Notes: a model not told the origin generated them from the sequence alone. DNA of 64,000 nucleotides from a virus (IMGVR_UViG_3300038443_001477:1-64000); one strand, 5' to 3'. Positions 1 to 9,634 are shown, counted from the stretch's first letter. Program-made: numbers and translations.

Positions 1-1
1 G

Positions 2-565
2 GCCTTCAACCAGTGGCTGGATGAGCGCATGCCATCTGAATACCGCCGCATGATCGTGCTGATGGGAATGCGTGGGGCCGAGTCAGCCCAGCGCTCCAGC
101 AACTATGGTGGTCTTTCCCCGGACGATGAATTTTCTCTGCGGGACCTCAACCCAAAGAAGGTCCGGGCACGGCACCGCCACGTGCGCGTGCGGCTCCCCA
201 TCGTGGATAAAACTACCTCCTGGGTGTTTGAATATCTTCGCAAGGCAGGGGAGAAGGTCAACCCCCTCTACGCAATGGGCCACAAGCGCGTGGGCTGCTA
301 CCCTTGCATCCTCGCAGGAAAGCATGACTACCGGCTCGCGGCCCGGGACCCGGTGGGCCGGGAAACTGTCATAAAGCTCCGGGACTTCCGCGTGATGGTG
401 TCCGTGATAAAAGACATCGCACAGGATGTCCTCATTTCGCACGACCTGGACGCCATCCTCGACGAACACGACGCAGACCCCTTCGGCTTCCGCACGCTGA
501 AGGAAAACAATGACGACCAATTTGCTGGTGGCTGCCAGTGGTGCGAAGTTTTGCAAGGAGGCTAG
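2..565 (+). CDS. PAPS-reductase/DndC-like Fe-S PP-loop protein (5' partial)
   Basis: Frame open from window start; RLPIVD, LYAMGHKRVGCYPCI and C-terminal GGCQWCE motifs typical of the PAPS-reductase family C-terminus. Confidence 0.7.
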   Translation, partial: AFNQWLDERMPSEYRRMIVLMGMRGAESAQRSSNYGGLSPDDEFSLRDLNPKKVRARHRHVRVRLPIVDKTTSWVFEYLRKAGEKVNPLYAMGHKRVGCYPCILAGKHDYRLAARDPVGRETVIKLRDFRVMVSVIKDIAQDVLISHDLDAILDEHDADPFGFRTLKENNDDQFAGGCQWCEVLQGG

Positions 566-570
566 AACAA

Positions 571-858
571 ATGAGCGCCAAGGTCTTCAAGTTCACGGCA
601 CCGCATCCCCAGCCACCGGAGCTTCTGGCGGCGCAATGCATCGTCTTCCCCGATGGCCGCACGATGATCGTGGAATACGGCGGTGCCGCCCTCCAGACGA
701 TTGTGGAGCGCTGGTGGCGCAGCCTGGGCCCCGAGGCTCAGCGCAAGGTCGAGGCCTATGCACTGATTCCTCTCATCGGCATCATCCGCATGGAGCGCGA
801 GGTCTTCGCCGCGCTGCCGGTCGAGGACTGGATGCGGCCTCTGCTGGAGGGGCTGTGA
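571..858 (+). CDS. hypothetical protein
   Basis: GGAGG RBS before ATG 571; GTGA overlap with next gene. Confidence 0.6.
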   Translation: MSAKVFKFTAPHPQPPELLAAQCIVFPDGRTMIVEYGGAALQTIVERWWRSLGPEAQRKVEAYALIPLIGIIRMEREVFAALPVEDWMRPLLEGL

Positions 859-1067
859 CTCAACGAAGCATCTGGGCCGAAGACGAGGAGCCCACACCCA
901 GGCCGCGCAAAGCTGACTGCGCTGCGGCCGATCTGCTGCAAGACGTCGCAGCGCTGTTGCAGTTCCAGCACACCGAGGGCTCGTGGCATGCACGGCTCCG
1001 GAATCGCATGGCTTTCGGCCACGGCCGCACGCCGGAAGAGGCCATTAAGAACGCAAAAGGCGTATGA
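855..1067 (+). CDS. hypothetical protein
   Basis: GTG start overlapping upstream TGA; stop overlaps next ATG (ATGA). Confidence 0.55.
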   Translation: MTQRSIWAEDEEPTPRPRKADCAAADLLQDVAALLQFQHTEGSWHARLRNRMAFGHGRTPEEAIKNAKGV

Positions 1068-2974
1068 CCCCGCTCGCTCTCCGCTTCAAAAACTTCCGCA
1101 GCTTCAAGGCGGAACAGATCTTCCACTTTCCCACCCAGCCCGGGCTCTATTTCATGCAGGGCCTCAACGAGGTGGAGCCCCGCCTGGGCGGCAACGGAGT
1201 TGGCAAGACCTCGATCTGGGAGGCGCTGACGTGGTGCCTCTATGGCATGACAAGCGACGGCCTCAAGGCCGGCGACATCTGCAACTGGGATGTCGCGAAG
1301 GGGGCCGAAGTCTGGTTCATCTTCATGTTGCCCAACGGAGAGCCCCAGGCGATTCGCCGCACCTGGGGGCCGAACTCATGGACGCTGCACGCCTGCTCCG
1401 ATGACCTGGAGAGCCTTGACGAGAAAGTGAGCGACCTGACCAAGGACGCCACAAACCCCGTGCTTTCCCTGCTCCGCCTGGAATTGGACCCCTGGCTTCA
1501 GTGCGTGCTCATGGCACAGGGGCAGGCGATGTTCCTCGACCTGAAGCAAGACGCCCAGGCCTCGCTCTTCTCCTCGGTCATGGGCCTGGAGCGCTGGATC
1601 GAGTACAGTCAGAAAGCGAGCAAGAAGGCCAGCGCCCAGGATGCTGTGAGTCGTGAGCTGGAGCGCAGGTTGGCAGCTCTGGCCGGGGAGCTAGAGGGCG
1701 TCGAGGGCCTGGACTTCAAAAAGGGCGAGGCCGAGTGGAAGCGTGAGCAGGACCAGAAGATCTACGACCTCGACCAGGAGCACTTCGCCGGCATGCAGAA
1801 GCGCAAGAAGCTCAAGGCGGACCTCCAGGCAGCGGAGAGCTATCTGGAGGAGGCACGTGAGCGCCACAAAGCCGCAGTGCGGGGGAACGTTCGGGGGCAC
1901 GATCTGGAGGTGATGGAGCGCGAGGCCCGCAGCTACCAAGATGTGGCGACGATCACCGAGCGCGAGATCGCCAAGGAGGGGGTCGCCCTGGACGCGATCG
2001 AGTCACATCTGCGGCAGTTGAAGGAGAACGTGGCCTGCCCCACCTGCGGCCACGCGCTTACTCCTGCGCACCGGGATCAGGAGCTGCGGAAGGCGCTGAA
2101 GGCGCGGGAGCAGACTGAGACCCTGATCGAGATGATGGAGGCCAACCTCAAGCGGCAGCAAGAGAAGGAAGCCACCTGCCGGGACCAGATCAAGGCCTTC
2201 CGGGAGGGGGTCGACCGCGCCCGCGTCCAGGTAGAGGAGGCGGAGCGTGCGCTCAGCAATGCGCGCCGCGCTTACGAGCTTCACGAGCGCGAGCTCGACC
2301 GGATTGAAGACCGGAGTGAGGAACTCACCCGGGAGACCAACCCCTTCGCCAAACTGGCCCAGGACGCCCGCAGACGGGCCCAGGAGCTTCGTGACGAGGC
2401 CCGGCTATGCCAGGGCCGCCTAGACGCCTCGAACGAGCGCTACGGCCTCTTCAGCTACTGGGTCCGGGGCTTCAAGGAGATCCGGCTCCGCCAGATCGCC
2501 GAAGCCCTGACCGAGCTGGAGGTGGCGGTGAATTCCGCGGTTACCGAGCTGGGCCTCATCGACTGGGAGCTCAAGTTCGCGGTGGACAGGGAGGGGAAGG
2601 GCGGCGGCATTCAGCGCGGGTTCTCGGTCTTCGTTAAATCGCCCCATAACCCACAGCCGACCCCCTGGAAAGCCTGGAGCGGGGGTGAGAAGCAGCGGCT
2701 CCGCCTAGCGGCCGCCATGGGCCTCGCAGACCTTATCCGGAGCCGTACGGGCGCCGCGATGCCCCTGGAGGTCTGGGACGAGCCCACCAACGGCCTGAGC
2801 CCCGAGGGCTGGGCCGACCTCTTGGAGAGCCTTGCCGCGCGGGCCCAGCGTGAGGAGCGTCTCATCTTCATCACCGACCACAAGGCCCACGACTTCGGGG
2901 GCTTCGCCGGCAACGCCACCGTCATTAAGCGGCCCAGCGGGTCGAAGATCGTAACGAGCTGGAGCAAGGCATGA
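1064..2974 (+). CDS. sbcC: SbcC/Rad50-like SMC ATPase (recombination exonuclease subunit)
   Basis: Walker A GGNGVGKTS, coiled coils, zinc hook CPTCG, signature WSGGEKQR, Walker B EVWDEP. Confidence 0.9.
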   Translation: MTPLALRFKNFRSFKAEQIFHFPTQPGLYFMQGLNEVEPRLGGNGVGKTSIWEALTWCLYGMTSDGLKAGDICNWDVAKGAEVWFIFMLPNGEPQAIRRTWGPNSWTLHACSDDLESLDEKVSDLTKDATNPVLSLLRLELDPWLQCVLMAQGQAMFLDLKQDAQASLFSSVMGLERWIEYSQKASKKASAQDAVSRELERRLAALAGELEGVEGLDFKKGEAEWKREQDQKIYDLDQEHFAGMQKRKKLKADLQAAESYLEEARERHKAAVRGNVRGHDLEVMEREARSYQDVATITEREIAKEGVALDAIESHLRQLKENVACPTCGHALTPAHRDQELRKALKAREQTETLIEMMEANLKRQQEKEATCRDQIKAFREGVDRARVQVEEAERALSNARRAYELHERELDRIEDRSEELTRETNPFAKLAQDARRRAQELRDEARLCQGRLDASNERYGLFSYWVRGFKEIRLRQIAEALTELEVAVNSAVTELGLIDWELKFAVDREGKGGGIQRGFSVFVKSPHNPQPTPWKAWSGGEKQRLRLAAAMGLADLIRSRTGAAMPLEVWDEPTNGLSPEGWADLLESLAARAQREERLIFITDHKAHDFGGFAGNATVIKRPSGSKIVTSWSKA

Positions 2975-3174
2975 GCCACGCCCTTCAATGCGTCTGCGGC
3001 TGCCCGGGGTGCCCCATGCCGGCGGCCCACGTCAGGTTGCCGACGGCCTACAACGACGAGGAGAGCAACTGGGCCTTCCTCTGTTCGTGGCACGAGGAAG
3101 AGGCGCGCGAATACTGGGCCGAGCGCTGGGCCGACTACTACGCGGACGTTGCTTGCTATTACCCGTATAGCTAA
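2971..3174 (+). CDS. small Cys/Trp-rich hypothetical protein
   Basis: ATGA overlap with sbcC; CxCxxC motif. Confidence 0.5.
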   Translation: MSHALQCVCGCPGCPMPAAHVRLPTAYNDEESNWAFLCSWHEEEAREYWAERWADYYADVACYYPYS

Positions 3175-3203
3175 GGCGACGAAAGACCTCTGGAGAACGA
3201 CCT

Positions 3204-3398
3204 ATGCGTAATTGGTGGAAAGCCCGGCGGCTGCGGCGGCTGCAAGAGCGACGCACTGTGCTCAAGAAGCGCAGCGAGCTCCTGCGGGCGATGATGAGCA
3301 CACAAGGCAGCTTCTCTGCATGGTACTTCGACCGCTACGTCACGGCGGAGGAGAATCTGGCGCTCTTGGAGCGGCGCATCGTGGAGATCACAGGATGA
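3204..3398 (+). CDS. small basic hypothetical protein
   Basis: GGAG RBS; ATGA overlap with next gene. Confidence 0.55.
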   Translation: MRNWWKARRLRRLQERRTVLKKRSELLRAMMSTQGSFSAWYFDRYVTAEENLALLERRIVEITG

Positions 3399-3736
3399 TC
3401 GCCCTTCAGCTCAATCCCCCGCTCCCCATGACCACGCCGAAGGGCGACGGCCTCGCCCACGTCATGCTGGATTACGGCCCCGAGCACAACCTCTACTGGG
3501 TGGTCTTCCAGCAGGACACCGGCGAGTGCTGGACCTGGGCCAATCCGCAGGTTCGCGCCCAGAAGAACATCACCGGGGGCCGCCTCAAGATCACGCCCAT
3601 CACAAAGGAAAGCCTGGTCCCCGCACGCCATGTTTGCGTTTTTTGCAATCAGATCGTGCGGGAGGGGGAGCGCTGCCTCTCGCCCACGGAGGCCGGCCTC
3701 TGTGCCCTGAGAAAGAGCCGCGAGGGCAAGCGGTGA
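3395..3736 (+). CDS. conserved-looking phage hypothetical protein
   Basis: LNPPLPMTTPKGDGLA...DYGPEH...WVVF...GECWTW pattern; C-terminal CxxC. Confidence 0.65.
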   Translation: MIALQLNPPLPMTTPKGDGLAHVMLDYGPEHNLYWVVFQQDTGECWTWANPQVRAQKNITGGRLKITPITKESLVPARHVCVFCNQIVREGERCLSPTEAGLCALRKSREGKR

Positions 3737-4266
3737 GGACCTACCTCTACCCCCTGCTCACCGACTACAAGGTCGGCGTCGTCATGCCGAAGGCTGGCAT
3801 CAACGACGCACAGCTCGGTGAGATGAGCCGCCGCCTGGACCTCATCGGCAAAGCCCTCTCCGAGGAGGGCCGCATCCATGTTTATGTGCCGGGCTTCAAC
3901 TTCGCTGACGCCGAGGCCTCGGTCGTGCGCAATGTGCGCAACATGCTGGAGCGCAAGGCGAGGGCCCACATCACCTACATCCCCTGTGGCGGAGACCATA
4001 AGGCCGGGGTCGCCAACCTGATTGTCTACGAGCTCGCCGAGGCCAAGCGCTGCGACGAGATCTGGTGCTTTCCGGCCGAGGGGCAACGCGGCTCCGCCGC
4101 CGCTCGGGTTGCCCAGGTGTGGCGGCTGGGGCAGGCACACGCCCGACACACCACCTTCAAACAGATACCCCCATGGGTGGAGGCCCCGCCACCGCCCGAA
4201 GCCCCTGGCAAAGCAACGAAAGGAAAGTCATGGAGAGACATGTGGAGCAAACGGAGCTTCCGTTGA
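3733..4266 (+). CDS. hypothetical protein, possible SLOG/YspA-like fold
   Basis: GTGA overlap; alternating beta/alpha pattern ending CDEIWCFP..G.RGS; fold call weak. Confidence 0.5.
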   Translation: MRTYLYPLLTDYKVGVVMPKAGINDAQLGEMSRRLDLIGKALSEEGRIHVYVPGFNFADAEASVVRNVRNMLERKARAHITYIPCGGDHKAGVANLIVYELAEAKRCDEIWCFPAEGQRGSAAARVAQVWRLGQAHARHTTFKQIPPWVEAPPPPEAPGKATKGKSWRDMWSKRSFR

Positions 4267-4946
4267 ACAAGCCCCGAATCCCCCTGGTTGACGAGGAGGC
4301 CCAGGAGCCGGCCCCGCTGGCGCGGGCCACCGCGGCTCGTCTGCTGGAGGAGGCCGAAGAGGAGGAGGAGCTGTTGCCCAGGCGGGCGCGCCTGGAAAAT
4401 GCGGCGACTGCCAGCCCCGCCGATGTCGTCAAGGCGATGGCCCGGGCCTCGGAGAAGCAGCTCGCGGAGATCACCGAGAAGGGCCTGCCTGCCACGCAGA
4501 AGGTGGTCGACGGGCAGAGCCGTGTCCTCACGCCGGAGGAGATCAACGCGACCTACAACGCGCTGAAGGGGGAGTTCGCCAAGCATGGCCTCCCGCCCTT
4601 CAGCGAGGACCCGGAGCTTTACACCAACTGGAGCACGCGTGAGCCGCCCAGCATTACCGGCTTCTACGACGTGACCGACAGCCGCACGGGCACGCTCAAC
4701 GAGCGCTGGTGGTTCGAGATGCATGCGGGCCCGATGCTCTGGCGACGCTGGATCAATGGCGTGGCACATGTCACGACTGCAACCCTCATGCACGACGAAT
4801 TCATCGACCGCGGCTACGCATGGCGGGGCCTGCGCAAGATGCCTCAGCAGCCCTACCCGGTGCCTCCATACGACCCGCTGCTCTTGCCGAAAGAGGCTCC
4901 GCTTGCGGGCAAGTACGTGCTGCGCAAGGTGGAGCCCCTCTCGTGA
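4230..4946 (+). CDS. hypothetical protein
   Basis: AGGA RBS before ATG 4230; acidic helical N-half, aromatic C-half. Confidence 0.6.
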   Translation: MERHVEQTELPLNKPRIPLVDEEAQEPAPLARATAARLLEEAEEEEELLPRRARLENAATASPADVVKAMARASEKQLAEITEKGLPATQKVVDGQSRVLTPEEINATYNALKGEFAKHGLPPFSEDPELYTNWSTREPPSITGFYDVTDSRTGTLNERWWFEMHAGPMLWRRWINGVAHVTTATLMHDEFIDRGYAWRGLRKMPQQPYPVPPYDPLLLPKEAPLAGKYVLRKVEPLS

Positions 4947-5311
4947 GCGCAGTCCGCTATAGTTCAGCCGCTCTGGCGAGCGGCGCTATCGTCTCCATCC
5001 GCGAGGTGAAGGAGATTGTCCTGAGCGTCGCACCGGGGGAGCCCGATGACCCGAGGCGCGCCCGGAGCTTTCTGCTGTCCTGGTGGGAGAAGGAGCCACC
5101 CTGGGCTAGGGGTCAAGCGGGCTTCACTTCCATCCGGCGGCCCGGCGGCTGGTACTTCATCACCAAGAGGCTCGGCGCCGAAGGCCGCCTCTTGATCGTG
5201 GGCGACGGGGAGAGCGGGCCGCTCCTGAACGCTGACCAAAGCGAGCGGCTTTACACGGCTATGTTCGGGCCGCTCTATGCGGTCCGGCACCTGGAGGAAG
5301 CCAATGCCTGA
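4943..5311 (+). CDS. hypothetical protein
   Basis: GTGA overlap with upstream gene. Confidence 0.5.
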   Translation: MSAVRYSSAALASGAIVSIREVKEIVLSVAPGEPDDPRRARSFLLSWWEKEPPWARGQAGFTSIRRPGGWYFITKRLGAEGRLLIVGDGESGPLLNADQSERLYTAMFGPLYAVRHLEEANA

Positions 5312-5657
5312 GCATGAGAACACGCGCCTCCTTCGGCGCCTGACCCGGGCCGGAGCGCGGGTGATGCATGACAGCGACCAGCACGAGGTGTTGGCGATTC
5401 GGAGTGCGAAGCTGGGGGAGTTTGTGGCGGAAATGGAGCGCGAGGCTCTGCACCGCTTCTTCAGCCTTACAGCGGAAGCGATGGCTCAGGCGTTGCACCT
5501 GAATGCCACAAGAGGGGGCTATGTGCTGCGGGAATGGGTCACACAGCAACTCTTCGGGAGTTGCCGCGACCTGGAGGAGGTCGCGGCACTGATCGAGCGG
5601 CGAAGGGCGGACCAATCGGATCGGATGGAGCGCCTCCGCAGCTTGTTCAGGGGGTGA
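5304..5657 (+). CDS. hypothetical protein
   Basis: GGAGG RBS; last + gene before convergence with lysis cassette. Confidence 0.55.
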   Translation: MPEHENTRLLRRLTRAGARVMHDSDQHEVLAIRSAKLGEFVAEMEREALHRFFSLTAEAMAQALHLNATRGGYVLREWVTQQLFGSCRDLEEVAALIERRRADQSDRMERLRSLFRG

Positions 5658-6171
5658 GGTTCCCCTGGTTCTTCAGGGCTTCCTGAGCCCGCTCGTATTG
5701 GATGTAGCACTGGTCCCGCTCGGACTTGATGGCGGCGGCGAGGGCAGCGTACCGCGTAAGAAGTTCTCCATCGTCTCGATAGAGATCAGCCCCTGTGCAT
5801 CCGTGGTTTTCGGCGGGAGGTCCGGAAGGCTGCGGATGCACGTCGCCGGGTCTGGGGGGCTCTGGACGGAGGGGGCGCTGGCGCAGGCTGCGCACAAGGC
5901 CGGCAACGCGATCAGCAAGGCGTTGGTTCTCTTCACTGGCTTTTCTCCTGTCGGTTTCGGCCGCCTCTTGCAGGTCGACCTCTTTCTGACGCGCGGCCTC
6001 GACGCGCTTCTGCCGCACCTCTGAGGCCACCTTCTCCGCGTGATCCCACGCAGCTTGGACTTTGTCGGCGCTGTGGTTGGATTCGTACCCCCACACAAAC
6101 GCCGCCGCGAGCACCGCCAGCACCAAGGCGGCACGGATCAGGGCCCAGTAGGGCCGGATGGCTTCTAGCAC
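5647..6171 (-). CDS. Rz: inner-membrane spanin (Rz-like)
   Basis: GAGGAG RBS + GTG; N-terminal TM (LIRAALVLAVLAAAFVWG) then coiled coil; follows endolysin. Confidence 0.8.
   Translation of the reverse strand: MLEAIRPYWALIRAALVLAVLAAAFVWGYESNHSADKVQAAWDHAEKVASEVRQKRVEAARQKEVDLQEAAETDRRKASEENQRLADRVAGLVRSLRQRPLRPEPPRPGDVHPQPSGPPAENHGCTGADLYRDDGELLTRYAALAAAIKSERDQCYIQYERAQEALKNQGNLTP
5673..5936 (-). CDS. Rz1: outer-membrane lipoprotein spanin (Rz1-like), embedded in Rz in another frame
   Basis: GGAG RBS + GTG 5936; lipobox LCAAC; Pro-rich mature part. Confidence 0.75.
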   Translation of the reverse strand: MKRTNALLIALPALCAACASAPSVQSPPDPATCIRSLPDLPPKTTDAQGLISIETMENFLRGTLPSPPPSSPSGTSATSNTSGLRKP

Positions 6172-6830
6172 TGCAGTGCTCCTCTCACGAGCTTGGCGAG
6201 CCGCTCGACCTCTTCGATGCCGATGTAGCCGCCGTTGACAACCTTGCGGACCTTGCGCTCGTCGCCGAGCACGTGATCCGGCACCTTTCCCTCCCACCAC
6301 GCAATGGTGAAGTCGAGGGCGAACCAGGGCCCCTCGGCAAGGGTGGGCACGCCGACCAGATCCTGGCCCACTGCATCGCCGACCCAGGCGTAGTTGTCCT
6401 TGAAGGTCATGCCCAGATAAGCACGGCCCGGGTAGAGGGCACCGTCGCCGCTGCCCTCGGGTCCGTTGCCGAAGCGGCCGCTGTAGAGCGCCTCAAAGAA
6501 GGCGCGTTCGTTGCCGGCGAGCTCGTCGGCGCGCTTGTAGAGGGCGGCCCAGCGCGAGCCGATGGGGGCCTTCCCCGCGATCTCCCGGATGCGCCGCGCC
6601 GAATACTTCCCGCTCTCCTTCAGCCGCTCCAGGTACGAGGACTCGTGCAGGATGGTGGTCAGGAAGTCGGGGAGCTCCCGCTCCAGGCCTGCGCTGAAGG
6701 TGCCCTCGTGGATGCCGGCAGCAAAGATCGGGGCGCGGGCCTCCGCGATCTCCTGCTGGCACCCGACCTCGCAGAGAAGGCGGCGCCAGTCGTCAGTGGT
6801 GACGGGCAGCAGCACGGCTCCGCTCCTCAC
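6165..6830 (-). CDS. endolysin, glycoside hydrolase family 19-like
   Basis: FL..ILHES.YL..L.E and Y.GRFGN...GDG..Y.GR.Y...TFKDNY motifs. Confidence 0.85.
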   Translation of the reverse strand: MRSGAVLLPVTTDDWRRLLCEVGCQQEIAEARAPIFAAGIHEGTFSAGLERELPDFLTTILHESSYLERLKESGKYSARRIREIAGKAPIGSRWAALYKRADELAGNERAFFEALYSGRFGNGPEGSGDGALYPGRAYLGMTFKDNYAWVGDAVGQDLVGVPTLAEGPWFALDFTIAWWEGKVPDHVLGDERKVRKVVNGGYIGIEEVERLAKLVRGALQC

Positions 6831-7227
6831 GCATGAAGTCTTCCCAGCCCGGAGGGGGCGGCGGGAACTTCGGCGCGGCCGGCTGCACGATCTGAATGAC
6901 CGCGGCCTGGGGCCGGGACTCGCAGGCCTCCCCGCACGCCTTCTCGCGCTGTCGCCACTCCTGACTGGAGCTGACCAGATAGGCTGTCATGCCAAGGCCC
7001 GCCGCGACTTCGCACATTGTGAGCACCGAGCCCAGCCAGAGCTCCCGCATCTCGGCGGCCGCCCAGAAGGCGAAGCACACCAGCATGACCTGCACCAGCT
7101 CCAGCCGCCAGGGCAAGGCCTGGGTGACGTTGAGCCGGAGCACGCAGGAGAAGACGATGCCGGCGCAAAAGAGGATCGCCAGCAGGTTGACCAGCATGTG
7201 GTCAGTGGGTAGTGTCAGCAGGTTCAT
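6793..7227 (-). CDS. membrane protein in lysis cassette (holin/antiholin candidate)
   Basis: Three hydrophobic segments; between holin-like gene and endolysin. Confidence 0.55.
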   Translation of the reverse strand: MNLLTLPTDHMLVNLLAILFCAGIVFSCVLRLNVTQALPWRLELVQVMLVCFAFWAAAEMRELWLGSVLTMCEVAAGLGMTAYLVSSSQEWRQREKACGEACESRPQAAVIQIVQPAAPKFPPPPPGWEDFMREERSRAAARHH

Positions 7228-7570
7228 TCTGTGCCCCTCCGAGGGTCGTGCGGATGCGGTTGATCGTCCCGGCGACCAGGGCCGGGACGATGAGTTGCGA
7301 ACCTGAGCCCCCGAGCAAGGAGCCGAAGATCAGGTAGGCGCGGTGTGTGGTCCCGGCCCACTCCACAAAGACCGTGCCGAGCGCGGCCCCGAGCAACGTG
7401 GAGAGAGCGACGTAGGCGACGGCGCGGCGGCGCGTCATCATCTTGGCTTGGCCCAGCGCGAAGAGCGAGCCAACAAAGGCCCACAGCATTGCGTAATAGT
7501 CGACGCCGAAGAGCGCGAGCAGGACTTGCGAAGCAGCGGCCACAAAGGCGCCAGTGGTATCGTGATGCAT
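7202..7570 (-). CDS. putative holin
   Basis: 122 aa, 3-4 hydrophobic segments, AGGAGG RBS, upstream of endolysin. Confidence 0.65.
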   Translation of the reverse strand: MHHDTTGAFVAAASQVLLALFGVDYYAMLWAFVGSLFALGQAKMMTRRRAVAYVALSTLLGAALGTVFVEWAGTTHRAYLIFGSLLGGSGSQLIVPALVAGTINRIRTTLGGAQNEPADTTH

Positions 7571-7612
7571 GTGGGTCCTCCTTCTTGGAAATGCGTAGCC
7601 GAGGGCGCTCTC

Positions 7613-8122
7613 TTAACTTCGGTGAATGCCCTTCGGGTCGATGTTGTCGAGGTAGAGCCGGCGGAAGCGCTCCGACCACGTCGAGCGCCATCCAGCGACG
7701 CGACCGCTGTAGACGTTGTATTCCAGGCGCTGTGACAGCAGCCACTGACGCTGCGCGAAGCGATCTCGGAACCACGCCTTCAGCCGCACCCACCAGCCTG
7801 CATCAGCGGCCGGTGGCGCGAAGACCTTGGGGTTCGCTGTTCGCAGGAAGGGCGGTTGCAGTAGCCAGAGCGTCGCCATCACGTTCAGGAGCACATCGCA
7901 TAGGTAGCCGAAGACCAGCAGCACCTTGCCGAGGCTCATCTGCGGGGTCGAGAGCGCCTCCGCGTCGCGCACCATCTCGAGTCGCATGAGGGCGGTGAAC
8001 ATCACCCAGCACTCGAAATGGAACTCCACCAGGGCGGCGGCGAGCATCAGGGCGGCGGCGAGGCCGTGGAAGACCCCTAGATGGGCGAAGAGATCGAAGA
8101 ACAGCAGGGCAAAGAGAATCAC
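7613..8122 (-). CDS. membrane-associated phage hypothetical protein
   Basis: Two hydrophobic stretches; DVLLNV and LDNIDPKG.H pattern common beside fibre/lysis genes. Confidence 0.6.
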   Translation of the reverse strand: MILFALLFFDLFAHLGVFHGLAAALMLAAALVEFHFECWVMFTALMRLEMVRDAEALSTPQMSLGKVLLVFGYLCDVLLNVMATLWLLQPPFLRTANPKVFAPPAADAGWWVRLKAWFRDRFAQRQWLLSQRLEYNVYSGRVAGWRSTWSERFRRLYLDNIDPKGIHRS

Positions 8123-8730
8123 AGGGGCACCTCCTCAAAGGCGGGGGCAACGCTTGCCGGAGCAGCCGCCTTCTGCTCTCGGAAGATGGTGAGGATCGTG
8201 TCGCGGAGCACCGTCTGCCCCTGGTCCACGGTGACCGCGAGCACCCGGGGGTCCACGGTGAAGTCGAGGAGCGTCTGCTGCGCCGCGCTGGCATCGGCCG
8301 CGGTCTGTGCGGCCGCCGAGGCGACAGCCGGATCGCTGGCCGTCTGTTGCTGGAGCATCGCGCGGAAGCCGATGCCGGTCAGTGCGTCGAGGATGTCCTT
8401 GCGGAGAAGACGCATCTCGGGGAAGACTGCGTTCCGGATGTCGTCGATGGTGACGATCTTGACCTTGATTCGGGGCAGGCCCGTCGTGGGGTCGCTCTCC
8501 AGATCCGCCCCGGAGCCGAGCATCTCGGCGTAGAGGACATCGCTCACCTCCACCACATCGGCCGGCATGCGGCAGTCGGGGTTGGGCACAGCGATCAGCG
8601 GCGCCTGGGCATCCGGGTTGCCCTCGGGATCGGGATTCACCCAGGCCGGGTCCGGCACGTCGATGGTGCGGGGACCGTAGAGGTCGGGGTCGTAGAAGCC
8701 CTTGGTGCTGTCGGAGAAGTACTTGGTCAT
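8119..8730 (-). CDS. tail fibre assembly chaperone
   Basis: YFS.ST.GFYD...G......PDP...P.D.VEVS N-terminus typical of Tfa proteins; follows fibre gene. Confidence 0.7.
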   Translation of the reverse strand: MTKYFSDSTKGFYDPDLYGPRTIDVPDPAWVNPDPEGNPDAQAPLIAVPNPDCRMPADVVEVSDVLYAEMLGSGADLESDPTTGLPRIKVKIVTIDDIRNAVFPEMRLLRKDILDALTGIGFRAMLQQQTASDPAVASAAAQTAADASAAQQTLLDFTVDPRVLAVTVDQGQTVLRDTILTIFREQKAAAPASVAPAFEEVPL

Positions 8731-8755
8731 GGTTTGATTGCTCCTCTTGTGCGCT

Positions 8756-9634
8756 TCAGCGACCGAAGGCGACGAAGTCGATGGTCATGCTGGCGAGCGT
8801 GCCGTTCACGTAGCAGTTGACGGGGCAGTTGGTGCTTGTGAAGGTGCCCGTGCTGCAAGTGGCCGAGGCCGTGGCACCCGCATTCGGCGACGCGATGACA
8901 GCGGAGGCGCTGCCATTCGGGAAGGCCGTGGGGAAGGTGATGGTGCCCGAGCCCCCACTGATGGCGACCGAGCCCCACTGCACGATGATCCCGCTCGGGA
9001 GCCGCTGGTAGGTATTGCCACCAGCCGGGGAGGCAAAGTTCGCGGCGTAGCGGTTCATGGCGGAGCCGCTCACCATCTTCCAGCCGCCGGCACCATCCGA
9101 CACGTACTTCGCCGCGTCGAATTGGCCGATCACGTGCGAGGTGGCCGCATTGGGGGTCAGGAGGTCGGTGCCCTGGCGAAGCACCGAGACGTCGATGGAG
9201 GTCGAGTTGAGGTTATAGAGCGTGACCGCCTTTCCCTTGTTGCCCGCGTTGGAGACGGGAAGGGTCACGCTGGTAGAGCCTGAAATGCCAAAGACCTTGC
9301 CGAGGTCGGCGTCGGTCAGCGTCGTGTTCACGCTGATGGTGGCGTAGTCGCGGAAGCCCCCGGAGCTGGCGGCGCGCACGGCGGCCGAGATCATCGTGGA
9401 GAGCGCCGAGGCCAGCAGAGCGTCGCTGACATCGGTGCCCTGATTGTCCGCGAGGAACTGGCCCAAGCCCGCCGCCATGGCACTCGCCTGGAGGAGGGCC
9501 TTGTTCACAAGAGGCGCCCGGGCTACCCCCGGCTGGTTGCCGATGCCCCGGTGGGCGTCGGCGTTGTAGTCGGCCTGAGTGAGCACGTAGGCTCCGCCGG
9601 CCTGCGCGAAGGGCAGGATGTTGTTGGCACTCAT
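8756..9634 (-). CDS. tail fibre protein
   Basis: N-terminal baseplate-anchor motif (N.ILPFA...V.TQ.DY) and C-terminal YQRLPSGIIVQWG...TFPTAFP domain. Confidence 0.8.
   Translation of the reverse strand: MSANNILPFAQAGGAYVLTQADYNADAHRGIGNQPGVARAPLVNKALLQASAMAAGLGQFLADNQGTDVSDALLASALSTMISAAVRAASSGGFRDYATISVNTTLTDADLGKVFGISGSTSVTLPVSNAGNKGKAVTLYNLNSTSIDVSVLRQGTDLLTPNAATSHVIGQFDAAKYVSDGAGGWKMVSGSAMNRYAANFASPAGGNTYQRLPSGIIVQWGSVAISGGSGTITFPTAFPNGSASAVIASPNAGATASATCSTGTFTSTNCPVNCYVNGTLASMTIDFVAFGR

Noticed and set aside
1555-1575. QASLF clamp-like peptide in SbcC
   Set aside because: Falls in a structured conserved part of the ATPase head rather than a flexible terminus
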